DNA of 64,000 nt from Candidatus Latescibacterota bacterium. GTDB taxonomy: Bacteria; Krumholzibacteriota; Krumholzibacteriia; WVZY01; JAKEHA01. The notes beneath the pieces are model-generated. The model ran no database searches. It saw nothing but the letters and a program-made list of their open reading frames with translations, and had not been told where the DNA came from. A program made the translations under genes and the position numbers. The stretch lies in contig OY970173.1 in NCBI GenBank assembly GCA_963707635.1, positions 448,001 to 512,000 of the forward strand, in the 5' to 3' direction. This document shows, piece after piece, positions 1-10,215 of this stretch; the stretch's first letter is position 1; every line of letters starts with the position of its first letter.

Positions 1-133
1 TCCACGAAGTAACTCACTGTAAAGAAGCGACGATACCCGAATGGCGGGAATTCGTCAAGGTCTGTGCGCCAGCGAACACGTGGACGAAGAATTGTGCGGG
101 CGCATCCCCATTCCCTGCCGGGAAATTCCTGTC

Positions 134-403
134 TTATCCACAACCCGCGTGACCCTCAACTGATTTGCACAACTCGACTTCACCTGTTCCTGTGAGCAAC
201 TCAAATTCGGGGTTGCTGCCATTGTCGCTGCTTTGATACCTTCGGCCCCGTTCGATTCTTCTTACCGGGGTTTAGGGCATTCCAGAAAATTTGGTGTCTC
301 TTTTCGAGTGGGTACTGTGGACAACTTCGCAGCGACGTCCTCTGATCGCCTCGCAACTCGTTTGTCCACAATGTAGTAGCTGATTATCCACATTTGTGGA
401 TAA
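134..403. promoter_or_regulatory. DnaA-box cluster upstream of dnaA (oriC part 1 and/or dnaA autoregulation)
   Basis: TTATCCACA at 134-142 and 384-392, TGTGGATAA at 395-403 (inverted pair with 384-392, 2-nt gap), TGTGGACAA 316-324, TTGTCCACA 362-370. Confidence 0.85.
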
Positions 404-579
404 CCGGCGTTCTCTCGCGGCTCCCGGTCGTCAAACCGAGTGCCACACAATGAGTTTTCGCCACAACGCCCGCGCGGTGGTGGCGCTTGTCATGGTGATT
501 TTGCGGTTGATGAAGAAGCGGCTGCCCTCACGGTCATTCCCTGACCGGAGTGTATCCCATGGGAGAAAGGGTACGGTCC

Positions 580-1944
580 ATGTCGGTTTCCTCCCGCCAG
601 CACGACCAAGACCAGATGTGGTCGGAGTTCCTTGCGTCGGTGGCCACACTGGTCAACAAACAGACGTTCGAAACATGGTTCAAGCCGATGCGACTCTCCG
701 CCGTGGAGGGTTCGAAAGTGGTGATCGACTGTCCCAGTAAGTTTTTCGTGGACTGGGTGAGCGAGCACCACTCTGACAAGATTGTTTTCGCGCTCCGGCC
801 GTTACTCGGAGCCAGCGCGCAGTTCCTGCTCCAGAACGCGAACGACGCTCCGCCGGAGATCCCCACCCGCCGCAGCGAGTCGTTGGTCACGGCACCCGCG
901 CGCGCACGCAAGCCCGCTCCCGAGAGTGAGCGGCTCAATCCGAAGTACACCTTCGACGAGTTCGTCGTCGGCAACAACAGTCGCATGACGTACGCGGCAT
1001 GTCTCGCCGTTTCCGAACGGCCCGCCCAGGTCTACAACCCGCTGTTTATCTACGGCGGCGTGGGACTCGGCAAGACCCACCTCATGCAGGCGATCGGCCA
1101 CGGCGTGCTGAAGAGCCACCCCGACGCCCGCGTCCACTACTGCTCGGCGGAAGCCTTCATGAACGAAATGATCATGGCCATCCGCCAGGGGAACGGTCAC
1201 GAGTTCCGCACAAAGTATCGCAACGTCGACCTCCTGCTCATCGACGACGTTCAATTTCTCGCCGGCAAGGAGAGCACGCAGGAAGAGTTTTTCCACACCT
1301 TCAATGCCCTCCATGGCGCGAACCGGCAGATCGTGGTGACGAGCGATCGTCCACCCAAGGAGATCCCGACCCTGGAAGACCGGCTGGTGTCCCGCTTCGA
1401 GTGGGGGCTCATCACCGACATCCAGCCGCCGGACTACGAGACCCGTCTCGCGATTCTGCGCAAGAAAGTGGAGCGTGAGAACATCCAGATTCCGGATGAC
1501 GTGCTCGCGCTTATCGCCGACAGCGTGAAGAGCAATATCCGCGAGCTCGAGGGAAGCCTGGTCAAGCTGCTGGTGCACGCAAGCGTCTACAAGAAGGACA
1601 TCACGAGCGAGATGGCGCACGACGTGCTCAAGGATTTCGTGAAGTCGACGCCCAAAAAGACCAGCATCTCGTTGATCCAGAAGGTGGTTTCGCAGCACTA
1701 CCGCGTGCCGGTGGAATCGATGCGGTCGAAGGTGCGCACGGCCCGCCTCGCGTTTCCGAGGCAGGTCGCGATCTTCCTTGCGCGGGAAATGACGTCGGCG
1801 TCGCTGGCCCAGATCGGCCAGCGCTTCGGCGGCCGCGACCATACCACCGTCATTCACGCGTGCCAGAAGATCACCGACATGGTCGAACGCGACGTCTCGC
1901 TTCGTTCGACCATCAACCAGCTTCGAAAGGAGCTGGCGTCGTAG
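580..1944 (+). CDS. dnaA: Chromosomal replication initiator protein DnaA
   Basis: YTFDEFVVG, YNPLFIYGGVGLGKTHL (Walker A), LLIDDVQF, GGRDHTTVIHA (domain IV); ATG 580 chosen for upstream GGAGAAAGGG. Confidence 0.98.
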   Translation: MSVSSRQHDQDQMWSEFLASVATLVNKQTFETWFKPMRLSAVEGSKVVIDCPSKFFVDWVSEHHSDKIVFALRPLLGASAQFLLQNANDAPPEIPTRRSESLVTAPARARKPAPESERLNPKYTFDEFVVGNNSRMTYAACLAVSERPAQVYNPLFIYGGVGLGKTHLMQAIGHGVLKSHPDARVHYCSAEAFMNEMIMAIRQGNGHEFRTKYRNVDLLLIDDVQFLAGKESTQEEFFHTFNALHGANRQIVVTSDRPPKEIPTLEDRLVSRFEWGLITDIQPPDYETRLAILRKKVERENIQIPDDVLALIADSVKSNIRELEGSLVKLLVHASVYKKDITSEMAHDVLKDFVKSTPKKTSISLIQKVVSQHYRVPVESMRSKVRTARLAFPRQVAIFLAREMTSASLAQIGQRFGGRDHTTVIHACQKITDMVERDVSLRSTINQLRKELAS

Positions 1945-1972
1945 CCAGACGATCGCCCGGCGCCTCGCGTCC

Positions 1973-2035
1973 AGGGCCAGGGAGCCATGGTGGATGTTGC
2001 AGCGGCAACCGCACCATGGACCCTGGCCCTTTTTT
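1973..2035 (+). terminator. Long hairpin plus T-tract downstream of dnaA (intrinsic terminator)
   Basis: AGGGCCAGGG/CCCTGGCCCT, CCATGGTG/CACCATGG and GTTGC/GCAAC nested stems followed by TTTTT. Confidence 0.75.
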
Positions 2036-2037
2036 CG

Positions 2038-2380
2038 TGAGGATAATCCAGGTGCTTTCTCCACGCCCGGTCGGGCTTCGGCGTTATCCCCGAATTGTGG
2101 AAACTAGGTGTGCATGACATGGGGGAAGTTATCCCCTGTGTACTAACCGCCCGACTGTCCACGCCGCGTCCCCACCCGGTCCCGAGGCGCCTCCCACACT
2201 AAGCGCCTGCGTTCAGTCGAGTAAGCGCGTGTGTTCCACATTTCAACACACCCTACTGCTACTGCTTTTTTTAATATCTAAAGTAAAGCAGTAGGAAACC
2301 CTGGTTGGCGAGAGCGACCGGCGATCCAGGGGGCGACAACCCGGTGAACACACGATGGCCGAGGCCGAAACTTTTCCACA
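2038..2380. promoter_or_regulatory. oriC: oriC part 2: degenerate DnaA boxes, DnaA-trios and AT-rich unwinding element
   Basis: TGAGGATAA 2038, TGTGGAAAC 2096, TGTTCCACA 2232, TTTTCCACA 2372; CTACTGCTACTGC trinucleotide run from 2253 followed by TTTTTTTAATATCTAAAGTAAA. Confidence 0.8.
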
Positions 2381-2500
2381 TCGGCACTCGTTTCTTGCGA
2401 CGCCTGGGCGCGTGCGCTATAGTCGTGACCTCGTAGCCCACCCACTGGTTCTGGTAACGCACGGCGCAATTGTCGATGGGACGAAGAAGGAGGAACGGGC

Positions 2501-3613
2501 GTGAAGATCACCGTTGATCAGAAGGATTTGTTGAAGAGTTTACAGGGTATTGCCGCCGTTGTGCCCACCAAGACATCGTTGCCCATCCTCTCGACGTTTC
2601 TCATGGAGACGAAGGGCGACGGCAAGGTCACACTGACCGCGAACGACCTGGATGTTTCACTCACCAACACGCTCGCGTGCGAAACCTCGGGGCATGGAAG
2701 CGTTGCCGTGCCAGGGAAGAAGTTCTTCGAGATCGCACGTTCGCTTCCCGAAGACAGCGTCGTCATCGAAACCGAAGGCGAGCGCATCTCGATCAAATGC
2801 CGCCGCAGTCGCTTCAAGATGCAGGGAAAGAGCGCGGATGAGTTTCCAAAACTTCCATCGCAGAAGCCGATCGTGTCGTTCTCACTGGCCGCGTCGATCC
2901 TCGACGACATGATCAACAAGACCAGCTACGCGGTCTCGACCGACCTCACGCGGCCGTCGCTGTGCGGCGTGTTGTGGGAGATCAAGAAGGGCGTTTTGAG
3001 CATGGTGGCCACCGACGGGCATCGCCTCGCGCGCGTGGAGCAGCCGGGCACCGGGGCCTCCGGCGACGACAAGGACGTGATCGTGTCGCCGAAGGCGCTC
3101 AACATCTACCGCTCTCTTTCCGCCGGTCTCGACACCGCGCACGTCTCGCTGGCCGAAAACCACATCACCATCGACATGGGCGACAGCGTCATCTACTCGC
3201 GGCTGCTCGAGGGGCCCTTCCCGGATTACAACCAGGTTATGCCGAAAAAGAACACGCGAAAGCTCACCGTGAGCCGCGACGAGTTGACCGACGCGTGCCG
3301 CCGGGTGGCGATTCTTTCGAGCGCGATCACGCACCAGGTCAAGCTGGTGATCGAAGACGACCGCCTGACGCTTTCGGTGAAGACCCCGGACGTCGGCGAG
3401 GCGATGGAAGAAGTGACCTGCGCCTACAATTCTCCGAAGATGGAAATCGGCTACAACGCGCGCTACCTGCTCGACATTCTTCGCACCATCCCCGGGGGAG
3501 ACGTCATGTTTCTCCTGGATCGAAGCGACAACGCGGGCGTCGTGGTTCCCGAAACGAACGGCGATGGAATGAAGCACGAGTGTCTGCTCATGCCGCTCCG
3601 ACTGGGCGAATGA
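2501..3613 (+). CDS. dnaN: DNA polymerase III beta sliding clamp
   Basis: LPILS, VATDGHRLA, SRLLEGPFPDY, GYNARYLLD, LLMPLR; RBS AAGGAGG before GTG. Confidence 0.97.
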   Translation: MKITVDQKDLLKSLQGIAAVVPTKTSLPILSTFLMETKGDGKVTLTANDLDVSLTNTLACETSGHGSVAVPGKKFFEIARSLPEDSVVIETEGERISIKCRRSRFKMQGKSADEFPKLPSQKPIVSFSLAASILDDMINKTSYAVSTDLTRPSLCGVLWEIKKGVLSMVATDGHRLARVEQPGTGASGDDKDVIVSPKALNIYRSLSAGLDTAHVSLAENHITIDMGDSVIYSRLLEGPFPDYNQVMPKKNTRKLTVSRDELTDACRRVAILSSAITHQVKLVIEDDRLTLSVKTPDVGEAMEEVTCAYNSPKMEIGYNARYLLDILRTIPGGDVMFLLDRSDNAGVVVPETNGDGMKHECLLMPLRLGE

Positions 3614-3671
3614 ACCACCTTCCCGGGCGGCGCGCGGATCGTGTTTCGCGCGCCGCGCCGGCTTCCCTTCC

Positions 3672-4802
3672 GTGCGCGTCGACCGCTTCGTCTCGCTGAA
3701 TTTCCGCAACCTCGGCCCCGAGGCGATCGAGTTCGGCCCCGGGCTCAACTTGCTCATCGGCGAGAATGGCCAGGGCAAGACCAACCTGCTCGAGGCGATC
3801 TACTACTTTCGATTCGGGAGGTCCTTTCGGGCCCAGACGGACGTGGAGCTCATCCGCTTCGAGGAGCCCTTCTGCCGGGCGGAGGTGACGTGCGGGTTCG
3901 CGGACGGGCACGGCGAGACGTTCGCCATGTCCATCGAGCGCCGCGGGGCGCAGGGTGTGCGGACGATCAAGATCAACGGCCAGACGCTCGCGAGGCGCTC
4001 GGATCTCGCGGGCCGCTTTCCGGCGGTTCTGTTCGGACCCGGCGACCTGCGCATCGTCGCCGGCGAGCCGGAGCACCGGCGTCGTTTCTTCGACATGGTG
4101 GGCACGATGACGGATCCCGCCTACCTGCGCGCGGCCCACGACTACCGCAGAACGCTCGAGCAGCGCAACGCCGCGCTCAAGGCTCGCGCCGCCCGGGACG
4201 AGATGGCCGCGTGGAACGAACGCCTGGTCGCCAGCGGCGTCGAGTTGATCGCGAAGCGCCGGGACCTGGTCGCGTTGATCGAACTCGCCATGACCGCCCA
4301 TGCCCGGGAGCTGGAAAGCCCGTTCGATTTCTCGATGCGCTACGAGTCGCCGCTGCTCGACGCCGCCGCGGAGGCGGGTGCCGGGGAATTGGAAACCGCG
4401 CTCGCGCGCGTCTTCCACGAGCGGCTCGGCGCGGTCGCCTTCGAGGAATCGCGCCGCGGCGTGACGCTGGTCGGCCCGCACCGGGACGACGTAGAGTTTC
4501 GGATGTTCGGACACGACCTGCGCCGTTTCGGGTCGCAGGGGCAGCGGCGCCTGTTTGCCGTGCTGCTGAAGCTGGCGGAACTGGCGCACGTCGAGACCGA
4601 ACTGCACGAGCCGTGCGTGCTCCTTTTGGACGACGTGTTTTCGGAATTCGACCACGTGATTACGCGCCGGCTGCAGGGGCTGCTGGAGGGCCCGCGCCAG
4701 GTGTTCGTCACCAGCCCGGTCGAAATCGAGGCGGGGCGAACGCCGCGCGCGCGCGTCTTCCACATGCACAACGGCACCTGCGTTCGAGCGGCGGCGAAGT
4801 GA
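3672..4802 (+). CDS. recF: DNA replication/repair protein RecF
   Basis: NFRN, GENGQGKTNLLEAIY, GPHRDD, GSQGQRR, LLLDDVFSEFD; synteny. Confidence 0.96.
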   Translation: MRVDRFVSLNFRNLGPEAIEFGPGLNLLIGENGQGKTNLLEAIYYFRFGRSFRAQTDVELIRFEEPFCRAEVTCGFADGHGETFAMSIERRGAQGVRTIKINGQTLARRSDLAGRFPAVLFGPGDLRIVAGEPEHRRRFFDMVGTMTDPAYLRAAHDYRRTLEQRNAALKARAARDEMAAWNERLVASGVELIAKRRDLVALIELAMTAHARELESPFDFSMRYESPLLDAAAEAGAGELETALARVFHERLGAVAFEESRRGVTLVGPHRDDVEFRMFGHDLRRFGSQGQRRLFAVLLKLAELAHVETELHEPCVLLLDDVFSEFDHVITRRLQGLLEGPRQVFVTSPVEIEAGRTPRARVFHMHNGTCVRAAAK

Positions 4803-4873
4803 AATGAGTCGCGCGCGAGAGCGGGCCGGGAAGCGCCGGGACCGGAGCCATGTTAACCGGCCGCTAAGCTTTC

Positions 4874-4953
4874 TAAGTCTCACCCCATCAATGGCTTATT
4901 CGCCGGGTCCGGGGAAGAAAAGAGTTTCCATTCCACCCCGAAACCGCTAGGTT
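4874..4953 (+). promoter_or_regulatory. Putative promoter module of dciA-gyrB (copy 1 of the shared gyrase-operon module)
   Basis: TAAGT-N15-GCTTA, TCCGGG, A-tract, TTTCCA-17bp-TAGGTT; 47/80 ungapped identity to 13437-13516. Confidence 0.65.
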
Positions 4954-4961
4954 TAGACGGT

Positions 4962-5267
4962 ATGACGCGGCGTTCCTTCGCCCGAATCGGGGATGTCCTC
5001 CCGTCCGTGCTTCGAGACCTCGGGCTCGAGAAGCGATTCAGCGAACGTCACATGGTCGAGAAATGGGCCGGCGTCGTCGGCCCCGAGCTGGCCGAGCGCG
5101 CCCGCGCGACGCGCTACGAGAACGGAACGCTCTTTGTCCGCGTTGATCACGGCGCGTGGATGCAGGAGCTGCACTTCATCGAAAAGGACCTGGTGCGGAA
5201 GCTCCGCGCCGCGTGCCCGGACGTCGACCTGGTGCGAATCAAGTTCAGCGCCCGCGAAATGGAATGA
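4962..5267 (+). CDS. dciA: DUF721 / DciA-family protein (replicative helicase loader)
   Basis: IGDVL...W..VVG..LA...GTLFVRVDHGAWMQEL pattern; typical position between recF and gyrB. Confidence 0.8.
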   Translation: MTRRSFARIGDVLPSVLRDLGLEKRFSERHMVEKWAGVVGPELAERARATRYENGTLFVRVDHGAWMQELHFIEKDLVRKLRAACPDVDLVRIKFSAREME

Positions 5268-5299
5268 CGCGGCCGAGCCGGGACCGGCGCCCCGCGTAG

Positions 5300-7315
<2,016 letters not shown>

Positions 7316-7322
7316 ACCGTTC

Positions 7323-8390
7323 GTGCGGCCGAAACGATCCGATTACCTGACCTGGTCGAAGCACCGCAGCGGAGCCCGCTACAACCTCGCTCGCAGCGGC
7401 GCCCCCCGCTTCCCGCTCGCCGACCTCACGCCGTCGCTCGACGATCTCCTTTCCACCGACCCCCACGAGGACGGATGGCCGCCGCTGGTGGATCGCATCG
7501 CCGCGCGCTACGGTGTGTCCGCGCGAGAGGTGGTGACCACGCACGGGTGCTCGATGGCGAATCACCTCGCGTATGCCGCGCTGCTCGACGCGGGCGACGA
7601 CGTCCTGCTCGAGACGCCGGTCTACGAGCCGTTGGTGACGCTCGCCCGCTATCTGGGCGCGCGTCCGACGTTCGTGGCGCGCCGCGCCGCGGCCGCCTGG
7701 CGGCTGGATCCAGCCGACGTGAAGCGCGCGCTCACGCCGCGCACGAAACTGGTCGTGCTTTCCAATCTGCACAATCCCACCGGCGCGTTCGACGACGGCG
7801 CGAACGTCGCGGAGATCGCGCGGGCCGCGGAGCAGGTGGGGGCGCACGTGCTGGTCGACGAAGTCTACCTCGAGTTCCTGCACGCGGCGGGAATCAAGAC
7901 CCTGGCCGGGATTGCACCCGGTGTGCTGGCCACGCGCAGCCTCACCAAGGCATTCGGTCTCGACACGCTGCGCATCGGGTGGGTGATCGCGGAGCCGGCC
8001 CTCGCGGAGCGGATTCGCCGACTCAACGATCTCTATTCCGTGACCATCGCCCATCCGAGCGAGCGGCTGGCAGCGCGCGCGCTGGATCAGGCTGATGGGA
8101 TCCTCGCGCGCATCAACGCCGACCTCGCGCGCAACCTCGAGACGATGGACGCGTTCGTGCGCGCCCAGCCGAGGCTGTCGTGGGCGCGGCCGAGAGCCGG
8201 CACCGTGGGGCTGGTTCGCGTCGAGGGAGTGGACGTCGACGACTGGGTGGACCGGCTGCACGGCGAACACGAGGTCGCGGTCGTGCCGGGGCGTTTTTTC
8301 GACGCGGCCGGGCATGTTCGCATCGCCCTCGGGGTCGCACCCGACGACTTTCGCGACGCGCTCGAACGCATGGCGAAGACGTTGACGTGA
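7323..8390 (+). CDS. PLP-dependent aminotransferase class I/II
   Basis: NLHNPTG, VDEVY, SLTKAFGLDTLRIGW (PLP lysine), VVPGRFF. Confidence 0.88.
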   Translation: MRPKRSDYLTWSKHRSGARYNLARSGAPRFPLADLTPSLDDLLSTDPHEDGWPPLVDRIAARYGVSAREVVTTHGCSMANHLAYAALLDAGDDVLLETPVYEPLVTLARYLGARPTFVARRAAAAWRLDPADVKRALTPRTKLVVLSNLHNPTGAFDDGANVAEIARAAEQVGAHVLVDEVYLEFLHAAGIKTLAGIAPGVLATRSLTKAFGLDTLRIGWVIAEPALAERIRRLNDLYSVTIAHPSERLAARALDQADGILARINADLARNLETMDAFVRAQPRLSWARPRAGTVGLVRVEGVDVDDWVDRLHGEHEVAVVPGRFFDAAGHVRIALGVAPDDFRDALERMAKTLT

Positions 8391-8406
8391 GTTCCTTCGC
8401 CGCGGC

Positions 8407-10188
8407 CTATTCTCGATACTCGAAGAGCGCTCCCTGCCGGCCCGCGACGAACGTCACCCGGTCCATCCTCCACGTGCTCGTGATCGTTCCCAGAAACGGG
8501 ATGTCGATCGGGTCGCGGGACGTCCCGCCCTCGAGCAGGAACAAGGTGTGCGGGTCACCGACAATGGCGCCGTGACGTTCGTCCAGCGACACGTCCACGA
8601 GCGGGGCATCGCCGTTGGGAAAGGGGACCTCGCTCCACGAACCGTCGATGTACTGGAAGACGCGGCCATTTCCCGACACCGCCATCACGCCGACGCTCCG
8701 GCCGGCGATCGCCTGGAAGCCCGCGCCTTGGAGGCCGCTCTCCTCTGCGTCCCACCTGAGCGATCCGAGCGGTCCCTGGAAGTGCAGCACGGTGCCGCTG
8801 GCGCCGACCGCAAACGCGTCGGTGGGATCCAGCGCCCACACGTCGCGCAGGTCCAGCAGGTACTGGGTTGGCGGAACCATCGGCGTCCAGGCCACGCCGT
8901 CCCATGCGCGGATGGTGCCGCGCCCGCCGACCGCATAGACACGGCTCCCTGCGTTCGTGCGCGCGCCACAGACCCCGTTGAGGACGGCGGTGGTGCCGCT
9001 CGCCATGGGAGTCCACGCCGATCCGTCGAAGTGGAATATTCCTCCCAGGCGTCCGACGGCATACACGTCTTCGGGATCGAAGCCCCACACGGACAGCAGC
9101 TCCTCGCCCGGGAGGACCCATTCGCGCCCGTCGATGTGGCGCACGAAGCCGGTGTTCTCGCCGACGCGCCCGACCGCGAAAACGTCCCCCTCGGAGAATC
9201 CAAACAGGTCCTGGTACGCGTGCGCGCGGCCGTCGAAGGGCGCCTGCCACCGGGATCCGTCGTAAATGGCCACGGTCCCGTTGACCCCCACCGCGATGGC
9301 ACCGCCGGCGTACCCCCAGATGTCCCGCAGATCGGAGGCCGTTCCGCTCTCCACCAGCGACCAGGTCGCGCCGTCGAAATGAACGATGGCACCCCCGTCG
9401 CCGACGGCCCACACGTCGCTGTCGGAGAAACCGTAGACGCCGCGGAGCGTGTTGGTGGTGGGGCTTTGCATCATGGTGAAGGCCGACGACTCCCACCGTC
9501 CGATGCTGCCCTCGCTGCCCACGAAGAACACCGAGGATGACGAGGTTCCCCATGCATCCAGCCAGGTTTCCGACCAGCCGAACTGCCTGAGCGCGATCCA
9601 GAAGCGCCCGGTCGTCTGGCGCGCCACGAAACCACCGGCGCCCGCCACGAACACGTCTTGCGCCCCGGCCGCCCAGACGGCGTATGGCGCGGCCGCGAGC
9701 GTGTCGCGCAGCGCCGTCCACGCGCCGCCGGCGTAGCGCATCACCCTGCCACGGTCCATCTCCACCACGGTGACGAACACCTCACCCGTGCGCGTGCCCC
9801 AGACGTCGGTGAGCTCATCGATGGTGCCAACGGCGAGCTGCGTCCAGGATGAACCATCGAAGTGCAGGGCGAGGCCATCGGTGCCCACCGCGTAGACGTT
9901 GCGCGGCGACGACGCCCACATGGAATTGAACGTGTAGTTGCCGGGCGGCATCGGAACCCGCGACCATGTCTCTCCATCGAAGCGATAGACGGGGTATTCG
10001 GCTCCGAGCGCGATCACGGTGTCGGGCGCGTTGGCCCAGACCGCGTCGAGGCGGTTCTCACCGAGTCCGCCCTCGAGCTTCTGCCACGCCCCGGCGACAC
10101 TGCCCCCGGTGGACGTCGGGATCTCTTCGTTGCACGCCGCCAGGGAGAGAACCAGCAAAGGAAGTATCGATAGCGCGCGCGATCGCAT
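8407..10188 (-). CDS. Lipoprotein with repeated beta-propeller blades (VW.../DV(W/Y)AVG/HFDG..W repeats)
   Basis: Lipobox LSLAAC; more than ten ~40-aa repeats. Confidence 0.75.
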   Translation of the reverse strand: MRSRALSILPLLVLSLAACNEEIPTSTGGSVAGAWQKLEGGLGENRLDAVWANAPDTVIALGAEYPVYRFDGETWSRVPMPPGNYTFNSMWASSPRNVYAVGTDGLALHFDGSSWTQLAVGTIDELTDVWGTRTGEVFVTVVEMDRGRVMRYAGGAWTALRDTLAAAPYAVWAAGAQDVFVAGAGGFVARQTTGRFWIALRQFGWSETWLDAWGTSSSSVFFVGSEGSIGRWESSAFTMMQSPTTNTLRGVYGFSDSDVWAVGDGGAIVHFDGATWSLVESGTASDLRDIWGYAGGAIAVGVNGTVAIYDGSRWQAPFDGRAHAYQDLFGFSEGDVFAVGRVGENTGFVRHIDGREWVLPGEELLSVWGFDPEDVYAVGRLGGIFHFDGSAWTPMASGTTAVLNGVCGARTNAGSRVYAVGGRGTIRAWDGVAWTPMVPPTQYLLDLRDVWALDPTDAFAVGASGTVLHFQGPLGSLRWDAEESGLQGAGFQAIAGRSVGVMAVSGNGRVFQYIDGSWSEVPFPNGDAPLVDVSLDERHGAIVGDPHTLFLLEGGTSRDPIDIPFLGTITSTWRMDRVTFVAGRQGALFEYRE

Positions 10189-10215
10189 CGCGCTCTCACC
10201 TCACCGGGGCGGGTT

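Noticed and set aside
10..34. Possible further copy of the TAA(G/C)T 25-bp palindrome at the window start
   Set aside because: Only the left half (TAACT) matches and the downstream promoter blocks are absent
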